IMG/VR virus record: IMGVR_UViG_3300031998_000024
Span: 59,872 to 123,871 of that record
DNA length: 64,000 nt
Source of the DNA: a virus
Lineage: Duplodnaviria; Caudoviricetes
Direction: 5' to 3' (one strand)
The notes beneath the pieces are model-generated. The model was not told where the DNA came from and did not search any database. It saw only the letters and a list, made by a program, of their open reading frames with translations. The translations under genes were made by a program, and so were the position numbers. Below are positions 1 through 7,559 of this stretch, in pieces; positions within the stretch are counted from its first letter, which is position 1; every line of letters starts with the position of its first letter.

Positions 1-150
1 TTTTATGGTATGGTTGGTACATCCGTTGATTTGAAGACTAATAAGATTCAATTAGGCGTAGATTTGTATCAAAAATATTTAATAGGAATCAGTGGTTTAA
101 GAATGGATGATAAGTTTGGTTACACAATCGATGTTGGAATAAAATTTTGA
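1..150 (+). CDS. 3' end of a CDS (partial); beta-strand C-terminus ending in Phe, possibly spanin/outer-membrane-type
   Basis: Open frame from base 1: FYGMVGTSVDLK...GYTIDVGIKF-TGA. Confidence 0.6.
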   Translation, partial: FYGMVGTSVDLKTNKIQLGVDLYQKYLIGISGLRMDDKFGYTIDVGIKF

Positions 151-151
151 T

Positions 152-328
152 ATGGCTAAACATAATCATGATAAGGATTCTCATTTCATACCAAGTCCGC
201 ATAAAGTTGTTACTGGGTATGAAAATGCTTTTATCAGCGATTGGAATAATACACTTTCAGCCGCTGTTGGCGATGTTTTGAAATATATAGCAAAAGTTAC
301 ATCTGAAAATATTAAACAAAATGGATGA
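152..328 (+). CDS. small hypothetical protein (58 aa)
   Basis: ATG152..TGA328, MAKHNHDKD...; tiles the gap between neighbours; below ORF-track cutoff. Confidence 0.6.
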   Translation: MAKHNHDKDSHFIPSPHKVVTGYENAFISDWNNTLSAAVGDVLKYIAKVTSENIKQNG

Positions 329-1484
329 CATTATTAGACAAATACCTATCAGCGATAAAGAGGAGGCTGAATGCATATTAAAGGCAATTGATACCGATAT
401 AATGTTTGATGAGTTAATTAAGGCTCATAATGTCGGTGATTTATTTTTCCAAAACGGAAAGACCTATGTTTGGACTGAATACGCTCCAGGAAAATTTGAT
501 TGGCATGTTTTGAAAAACAATAGAGTTGTTCGTGGTAGCGGTATCAATGGTCTTCATGGTAAAAAGGCTTTGGAAAAGGCTTTTTCCGATATTGATAAGG
601 GATTTACCGATAAAAGTAAAATGCTGTTGCGTCGCACTCCTAATAGGCATTGGCGTCTGTTTTACGATGGTGATGATATAGGTATGACGATAGATGGAAG
701 CAGTATAACCGAATCTGAATTGCGTGAAGCTGATGTTGTTTATCAAGATAAGAAGGTTGTTGATAATTTCGATTCTTTGAAAGATTACATGGAATTTTCA
801 AGTTCTGATGATGTTTATTTCGTTCAGATAATTAAGCGTTGGAAAGATAATAAGGATAAACCAGATGCTGATAAATGGAAGGCAGAGGGAAGACAGAAGG
901 GTTCATATCATTCGGGTGCTGAATATTTGAATTATTGGCTGATACATTCCACTGATGAATTAGAATCTTTGAAAGACGATATTATGAAGGTTTGCGGATA
1001 CAACAATGCAAGAGCCTACATAACTATCAATAGCAGAAAACAGAGTCAAGTAAATCAATACATTGGTCAATTTAAGAGCCGCTTTTCAGACCCGAATGAC
1101 CCAAGAGTTAAGAATGCTGAAGCGATACTTTATGGTATGCCTAAGACTGGACCAAATTGGCGCAATGAGCGTTTAAGAGTTTTGCTTGATATAGATACAA
1201 CGAGTGATAAGATTGTAAACATTAATGGTAAAACCGTCAATGTTTGGGATGAAACAGAAAGACGATTGAAAGCATTAGGAATTAAGGTGGCTGCTCGTTA
1301 CGAAACACCTTCAGGTGGTTTACATCTTATTCTTAATAATAAGAATAATCGCAACCTTCGTGATTTTTACAGAGGTTTGTCTGATTTTGACGGAGGTAGA
1401 AATTTAGGTGTTACCGCTACAGTTCATCCATCTGATGATACAAAGATGATTCTTTATTCTAATGTTGATACAGCAGGATATTAA
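321..1484 (+). CDS. protein with N-terminal KA/WTEYxPGKFDW module and C-terminal AEP/primase-polymerase-like domain
   Basis: LIKAHNVGD..WTEYAPGKFDW; ARAYITIN, VLLDID, ETPSGGLHLI resemble AEP motifs. Confidence 0.55.
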   Translation: MDDIIRQIPISDKEEAECILKAIDTDIMFDELIKAHNVGDLFFQNGKTYVWTEYAPGKFDWHVLKNNRVVRGSGINGLHGKKALEKAFSDIDKGFTDKSKMLLRRTPNRHWRLFYDGDDIGMTIDGSSITESELREADVVYQDKKVVDNFDSLKDYMEFSSSDDVYFVQIIKRWKDNKDKPDADKWKAEGRQKGSYHSGAEYLNYWLIHSTDELESLKDDIMKVCGYNNARAYITINSRKQSQVNQYIGQFKSRFSDPNDPRVKNAEAILYGMPKTGPNWRNERLRVLLDIDTTSDKIVNINGKTVNVWDETERRLKALGIKVAARYETPSGGLHLILNNKNNRNLRDFYRGLSDFDGGRNLGVTATVHPSDDTKMILYSNVDTAGY

Positions 1485-1495
1485 GATAGTTTGAC

Positions 1496-2965
1496 ATGGT
1501 TTTATCTCAAGCACAAATTGATGATATTGTTGCTATACTTCAGCAACATCAATTAACATTTATCGCTAAACAGTTGGGTGTTAATTATCTATTAGCAACT
1601 GATAGGGCTATTCTTGTTGCTCATGGAGTTGATTTAAGTAAGTTCGCAAATTCTCAAGGAATAATAGAACAAGCGTATTTATTTGGTTTACTTTCACAAG
1701 CAATGGATGATAAACGAGCAAAGAATATGACTTATGCTCAATTCAAGAAGTTTATCAAGTCAGGTCAGTTTGTTCCGCTTACGGATGAAGAGGAATTTGT
1801 GCTTGAGCAAGTTAAAAACCAGTCATACAACGACATTAGTGGTTTAGGCAGTAAGATTATACAAGGCACTAAAAATATCGTTGTACGGGCAAATTTAAGA
1901 ACACAGAATAATATAAGGAATATAATCAAAAACAAGGCTATTGATGCTGTGAAATTCCGTCAATCTGCTGCAAAAATGGCTTCTGAAATAGGTCATGCTA
2001 CAGATGATTGGGAAAGAGATTTTTTGAGGATTTCCTATTATGTACTTCAGAATGCTTATAATTACGGAAGGGCAAGGTCTATTTACAGAGAACATGGAGA
2101 AGATGCTGAAGTTTATTTCGATATCTTAAAGGGTGCTTGTAAACATTGTCGTGAATTGTATCTAAAAGACCCTGATGATGAAAATAGTGAGCCGATTGTT
2201 TTTAAGTTAAAGGATGTTCTTGAAAATGGAAATAATATTGGTAGAAAAGTAGCAGATTGGTTGCCAACTGTTTCTCCAATACATCCTTATTGTCGTTGTA
2301 ATATACGATTCAAAGACCCGAATATGGAATGGGATGAAGAAACCTTATCATTTACCAAACCAAGGGTCTATAAACCTAAAAATAAAAAGTTACAAGGTGT
2401 TAAGTTAGATATTAAGGTAACAAAATCTGACGATGACGAATTAAATAAAGAGAGTTTCAAACAGCGTTTAGAAAATGCTAAATCTGAAACAAATACTGAA
2501 CCAACTGAAGCAGAAATTAAGGCTGGAAACTATAAGAAGGGTCATGTATCATTCGGAGGTTATAATTTCGTGATTGAGAATCCAAAGGGAAGTGAAAGAA
2601 GCGGAGTTGATAAGGATGGTAAGCGTTGGAGTATTACGATGAATAATACATATGGATATTTCCTTGGAATAATCGGTAAGGATAAAGACCATATTGATGC
2701 GTTTATCAACGATAATGCTGATTTAGATAATTTCCGTGGTAAGATTTATGTTATTGACCAGGTTAATAAAGATGGTAGTTTTGATGAACATAAAATAATG
2801 TATGGATTTAATTCTATGCGTGAAGCAAAGGCTGCTTATTTATCAAATTACGAAAAAGGTTGGAAGGGATTAGGTCGTATAACAGCTGCTCCTAAGCCAG
2901 TATTTGATAGGTGGATGAAGCGAAGTAAAAGAAAACTAAAACCATTTAGTTCGTATCAAAGTTAA
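1496..2965 (+). CDS. MuF-like minor head protein fused to phage inorganic-pyrophosphatase-like (InPase) domain
   Basis: CKHC...PIHPYCRC (MuF); PTEAEIKAGNYKKGH, IENPKGSERSG, YGYF..GKDKDHIDAFI, FDEHKIMYGF (InPase). Confidence 0.85.
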   Translation: MVLSQAQIDDIVAILQQHQLTFIAKQLGVNYLLATDRAILVAHGVDLSKFANSQGIIEQAYLFGLLSQAMDDKRAKNMTYAQFKKFIKSGQFVPLTDEEEFVLEQVKNQSYNDISGLGSKIIQGTKNIVVRANLRTQNNIRNIIKNKAIDAVKFRQSAAKMASEIGHATDDWERDFLRISYYVLQNAYNYGRARSIYREHGEDAEVYFDILKGACKHCRELYLKDPDDENSEPIVFKLKDVLENGNNIGRKVADWLPTVSPIHPYCRCNIRFKDPNMEWDEETLSFTKPRVYKPKNKKLQGVKLDIKVTKSDDDELNKESFKQRLENAKSETNTEPTEAEIKAGNYKKGHVSFGGYNFVIENPKGSERSGVDKDGKRWSITMNNTYGYFLGIIGKDKDHIDAFINDNADLDNFRGKIYVIDQVNKDGSFDEHKIMYGFNSMREAKAAYLSNYEKGWKGLGRITAAPKPVFDRWMKRSKRKLKPFSSYQS

Positions 2966-2983
2966 TAATATTGCGAATTGTTA

Positions 2984-3024
2984 GACGCGGCTACATGCTG
3001 AAAGGCGGTAGCCGCATCGTTTTT
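2984..3024 (+). terminator. intrinsic terminator with GCTGAAAGGC apical loop
   Basis: GACGCGGCTAC/GTAGCCGCATC stem followed by T run. Confidence 0.7.
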
Positions 3025-3062
3025 ATATACATAGTTCTTAAATTAAAGTAATTCATAAAGAC

Positions 3063-3752
3063 ATGAAGAAAAGTAATAAAGAAAAAAGTTATCTGATTAT
3101 CCAGCCTCATTCTGACGATGCTTTGTTTAGCGTTGGTCATCTTGTTCTTTCAGAACATAATGTTTCAATTCTTACTGTTGAGAATAATGCTAAAAGAATA
3201 AGTGAGGATGAAAAACTTTATCAGTTTATCGGAAAAAATTGGAATCATTTAGATGTAGATTTTGATGACCAATCTTTCTATGAGTTTTATAAACATAATA
3301 AGGATTTGAACGAAAGTAATGGACATGATTTCATGATTTCTTATTTTGGCGAAGAAAAGATGTCTAAAATAAAGAATGCTGTAAATAAGTTTGTTGAAAA
3401 ATTTGTTTCTCAAAATGAAGATAGTATTATTTATTTGCCTTGGGGTATTGGACATCCGTTTCATCTATTTATCAGAATTTGCGTTGAAAGAAAGTTTGCG
3501 AATAAAGATGGTGTGAGATTGCGTTTTTATCGTGATTTTCCGCATTCATATAAGCGTAGAGCGCAAGCGCAGGTCGCTGAACAACTTCATGATTTTGTAT
3601 TGTATAAAAGTTATGATGTTAAGGATTTTGCCGATATTAAATGGGAATTGGCTAAAAAGTTCTATAAGAGTCAAAGTGGTTTGCTTTGGTTTGAACAAGG
3701 ATATATCAAAAAGAATTTACCTGAAGAAGTGTATGTGAGAAAACCGAGTTAA
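3063..3752 (+). CDS. PIG-L/LmbE-family N-acetyl-sugar deacetylase
   Basis: IIQPHSDDA (PHxDD), PWGIGHPFH (HxxH), FYRDFPHS. Confidence 0.8.
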   Translation: MKKSNKEKSYLIIQPHSDDALFSVGHLVLSEHNVSILTVENNAKRISEDEKLYQFIGKNWNHLDVDFDDQSFYEFYKHNKDLNESNGHDFMISYFGEEKMSKIKNAVNKFVEKFVSQNEDSIIYLPWGIGHPFHLFIRICVERKFANKDGVRLRFYRDFPHSYKRRAQAQVAEQLHDFVLYKSYDVKDFADIKWELAKKFYKSQSGLLWFEQGYIKKNLPEEVYVRKPS

Positions 3753-3753
3753 T

Positions 3754-5199
3754 ATGAAAATTTTAATATCATCATTTACGATAGCAAAACAAGGTGGGAT
3801 AGTTCAATATATCCATTCGATGATTCAAGCCTTTAAGGAATTGGGTCATGATATAGATATTGTTGAACTTGCTCCTAATCGTATTACAGAAAGTGCATAC
3901 AAGAGTAAGTTTGAATCCATAAAGAGTGGGGAATATCAACGCAAGATAGTTCCCCATTCTCAGTCAGGAGGTTACTGCTTTGATGAATCAAGCGGTTATT
4001 TTTTCAACACTTATTACGGATATTTTTTGCCACCGAGTAATAAAATTTGCGTATTTGATTCTGATGCTGTGGAGCGTTGGTATAAACTTGTTTCAGATGT
4101 AGATATTATTCTTTGGAATTTTATGCCAACTAAAACCCGTGAATGGCAAAAGAAGGGTACAAAATTTGATTATTGGTGGAAGTTTTTTGATTTACCTAAA
4201 TCTGTTAAGCAGGTTTTTCTTACTCACGATGCTTATTTTAATATAAGAGCAAGTAATGTAACTGCATTGAAAAAGAAAATTTTGTTTCTTGGTTGCGCTC
4301 ATTTAGCCGCTTATCAATGTTGTTCTGAAATTGGTATAAGAAGAACATTGTTGTTGAATCCAAGATATATAGAGAAAAACGCAAGTATGCCTGTTGTTTC
4401 TTTTAATGACAGAAAAACAGATTTCTTTGCTGCTCATATGTTTAAGCCTATGAAACATATGGAAGAGTTAATTGCCGCTATTCCGTATGTTAATAAGGGT
4501 GATGAAACTTATTCTTGTATGGTTGCTGGAACTGGCATAGAGTATTCTTACATGACCAGTGAAGATAAAATAAAACCATGTTATTTATGCAGTAAGAAGC
4601 GTGACCCTAATTTACCAGATAAACTTGATGGTAAAATTAGTTTATGGAATAGAGCCTTAACATTTGGTATGGATTATAGAGGTCAAATGAGCGGTGACGA
4701 TGTTTATAAACAATTATTGAATACTAAATTTGCTATTGACCCATCTTGGGCAACTCACTATGCTCAATATTGTCGTACTCATATAAACGGCTTTATCATT
4801 GAGGCTATGATGTTAGGTGCTTATCCTGTGTTAAGGGATTACAGAGGATTAGATAAAGCAAATAGCAATGTTTATGACCCATTGTTTGAGAGTATTAATG
4901 CTGTAATAATTCCGTGGGATGCTACACCTAAACAATTTGCTAAAATTTTGAAATCCGCTATTGCTGATATGACACCAAAGCGTTTTTTGAGAGAAACGAA
5001 AGAAAATTTCCAAATAGTAAACGAATTATTTAATGCTCGTAAAAATGCCGAAGAAATAATTAGATTATGTCGCGGAGGTAAACGATTAGTCAAGGCAGAA
5101 TTGGAAAAAGGTGTTGATTCAGATAATGTGAAGAAAATATCCGAAGATATTATGACAAATTTCTTTGGAATTGAATTACCAATCAAATGGCAGAATTAG
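3754..5199 (+). CDS. GT-B fold glycosyltransferase
   Basis: MKILI..GGIVQY..AFKELGHDIDIV; FKPMKHMEELI; AIDPS..GFIIEAMMLGAYPV. Confidence 0.8.
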   Translation: MKILISSFTIAKQGGIVQYIHSMIQAFKELGHDIDIVELAPNRITESAYKSKFESIKSGEYQRKIVPHSQSGGYCFDESSGYFFNTYYGYFLPPSNKICVFDSDAVERWYKLVSDVDIILWNFMPTKTREWQKKGTKFDYWWKFFDLPKSVKQVFLTHDAYFNIRASNVTALKKKILFLGCAHLAAYQCCSEIGIRRTLLLNPRYIEKNASMPVVSFNDRKTDFFAAHMFKPMKHMEELIAAIPYVNKGDETYSCMVAGTGIEYSYMTSEDKIKPCYLCSKKRDPNLPDKLDGKISLWNRALTFGMDYRGQMSGDDVYKQLLNTKFAIDPSWATHYAQYCRTHINGFIIEAMMLGAYPVLRDYRGLDKANSNVYDPLFESINAVIIPWDATPKQFAKILKSAIADMTPKRFLRETKENFQIVNELFNARKNAEEIIRLCRGGKRLVKAELEKGVDSDNVKKISEDIMTNFFGIELPIKWQN

Positions 5200-5258
5200 A
5201 ATACCATTAACAACTATAATACTATCCATATAGTGTTATAATTCTAATTCTTAATAAT

Positions 5259-7538
5259 ATGACAAAAACAACCAAACAAGTAAAAGTTGGTGATGTTAAG
5301 ACCGTAAACGATGTGGAATACATTTGTAAGGGTTTTACATCTAATGGTAAACCAATGTGGCGTAAGAATGAAATTGAAAAGGCTCATAATGTTGGTGATG
5401 CACACCCGTCAAAACCTTGGGTGTGGACAGAATATAAGCCTGGAAAATTTGATTGGCGCCCTGTGAAGAAAAAAGATGGTGATGCCGGCAAGACTGGTGG
5501 AGCCGCTACATCTACTCAACAGCAACAACCTAAATCGCAAAATCAAGGACAAACTCAACCTTCTACTGACGGTGCTAAGAAGAGTGGAAAACAAACCGCT
5601 CAACAGCAACAGCCTAAGAAAATTGATAAGAAGGTTGAAGATATGACACCCGATGAATTAGCTGAATACGCTAAGGATGCTTCAACTGAGGCTTTGGCTA
5701 AGGTTGTTAATGACAAAAACCAAGACAAGGGATTTCGTCAATTAGCGTTCAATGAATTGAAAAAGCGTGATGATTATGACCCTGAGTCGGTTTTTAGTGA
5801 AGATTTGGAAGATGGATTTTTCCCGATTCGTAAACCCACTATTGAATACAAGAAAAAGAAGCCTGAAATTCCAGTAAATAGTTATCAGATTAAGGATTAT
5901 GAAACTCAAAGCAATACTGGAAGAATTAAGGTAGGTATCAATAAAACTCGTGCTAATTACAGAAATCGTACTGATGACCAAATACTTGGTACTTTGAATG
6001 ATGTTCGTGCCAGGTATCAACTTCGTCAACTTGCTTATGAAGAAGCAATGGCGCGTGGTATTCCTGAAGATAAAATTAATGTTCGTGGTACACTTGAATC
6101 TTTTTGGAAGGATGTTGCTTATGAAAAGCAAATGCAGGATGCTAAGTCAAAGCCTCTGAATCCTGAAGAGGGTGCTGAATTGGTGTACGATTGGAAGGGA
6201 TTGGACCATGAAGCAATTATGCACGATGAATTTGATGATGGTGAAGACCCGATATGGCTTGACGACAATTCAGACAAGGTTAAGAGAATATTTCATACCG
6301 ATACTTTGTCAGGTCGTCAACGCTATGATACATTTAAGGATTATTATCAAAGAAATCCTGACCTTGTTCCGTATTACCTTAATGCTACTCAAAAAGTTGA
6401 TATGCTTAATGGCGATATGTATGAGTGGGCAAAGAGCGATGTTTCACCCTTATTCGTATCAGCTGGTGGAGCAGGTGCTGGTAAGACCTATGGTTGGAAA
6501 GAGATTGTTGCTAAGCATTTGAATCTACCTGAATTAAAACCTGGTCAAGACCCGTCTAACGGAGATTGGGGTTATGTAATGCTTTCAAACGAGCAGGCTG
6601 AAGATAAGGAGAAATTCACAAGAACGCTTGCTAAATATAACGGAACATATATTGATTCCAATGGTAATGAGAAACCTCATATCTTAGTTTTCGATGATTC
6701 CGATAAATTGCTTATCACTAAATCAAAGGATTTGATTGCGTTGATGAAGAAAATCAACGATGGTGAACCAAGCAATCGAATATTTACCAATCCCGATACT
6801 GGTCAACAGGAAGTTTGGAGAGGTAAGATTATAATCATGACTAATAAGGATTCTGGTAAGTTGCAAGCAGGTAATGAAGATGTTACCGCAATCTTCAGTC
6901 GTGGTACTGTTAGCGATATTCGTTTCACCCGTAATGAAACAATGGAATTACTTGCTAACAGATATATGACTATGGCGTTACCTAAGTGTCAGAATACATT
7001 TGAAGAACAGAATTTCACCGATGAAGAGATTGAAGATTTCCGTCAGGATATTTACAATTATATGTCTAAACATATTGGTGATGCTGACCCTGCTAAATTC
7101 ACTCCAAGAGCGTTCTTGAATATTGCAGAACATGTTGCTCCAAGATGGAAGGGTTCAAAGGTGATTAGAACTGGTAAGGGTAACATAGGTGTAGATTTGC
7201 CGTGGCAAGTAACTGCTCTCAGTATCATTAAAGCCGAAAACAACGATATTGAAAAGGCTAATGAGGATAGCGAGTTTTCAAACGAAAACATGAAGAAAAC
7301 AAAAGAGCGTGTTTTGAAGCGTATAGAGCAAGCCAAGAAGGATGGTTCGTATGAAGCACTTTATGGTATGGAGGCTCAAAATGCTATGTTGTTTGGTGAC
7401 CCGCGTACTGAAGAAGAAAAGAAAAAGGATGAGAAAAAAGAAGCAAAGCAAGACAAGAAAAATAAGAAGGAGGAAACCAAGAAGGGGTTTGATGATGAAA
7501 TGAGTCTTGCTGAAGCTGAATCGCTTTTATTTGGTTAA
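5259..7538 (+). CDS. AAA+-type P-loop ATPase with N-terminal WTEYKPGKFDW module (putative virion cargo)
   Basis: Walker A GGAGAGKT, Walker B ILVFDDSD, sensor-1-like IIIMTN, FSRG. Confidence 0.7.
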   Translation: MTKTTKQVKVGDVKTVNDVEYICKGFTSNGKPMWRKNEIEKAHNVGDAHPSKPWVWTEYKPGKFDWRPVKKKDGDAGKTGGAATSTQQQQPKSQNQGQTQPSTDGAKKSGKQTAQQQQPKKIDKKVEDMTPDELAEYAKDASTEALAKVVNDKNQDKGFRQLAFNELKKRDDYDPESVFSEDLEDGFFPIRKPTIEYKKKKPEIPVNSYQIKDYETQSNTGRIKVGINKTRANYRNRTDDQILGTLNDVRARYQLRQLAYEEAMARGIPEDKINVRGTLESFWKDVAYEKQMQDAKSKPLNPEEGAELVYDWKGLDHEAIMHDEFDDGEDPIWLDDNSDKVKRIFHTDTLSGRQRYDTFKDYYQRNPDLVPYYLNATQKVDMLNGDMYEWAKSDVSPLFVSAGGAGAGKTYGWKEIVAKHLNLPELKPGQDPSNGDWGYVMLSNEQAEDKEKFTRTLAKYNGTYIDSNGNEKPHILVFDDSDKLLITKSKDLIALMKKINDGEPSNRIFTNPDTGQQEVWRGKIIIMTNKDSGKLQAGNEDVTAIFSRGTVSDIRFTRNETMELLANRYMTMALPKCQNTFEEQNFTDEEIEDFRQDIYNYMSKHIGDADPAKFTPRAFLNIAEHVAPRWKGSKVIRTGKGNIGVDLPWQVTALSIIKAENNDIEKANEDSEFSNENMKKTKERVLKRIEQAKKDGSYEALYGMEAQNAMLFGDPRTEEEKKKDEKKEAKQDKKNKKEETKKGFDDEMSLAEAESLLFG

Positions 7539-7559
7539 TAATTTCAAAAGCCTGAAATT

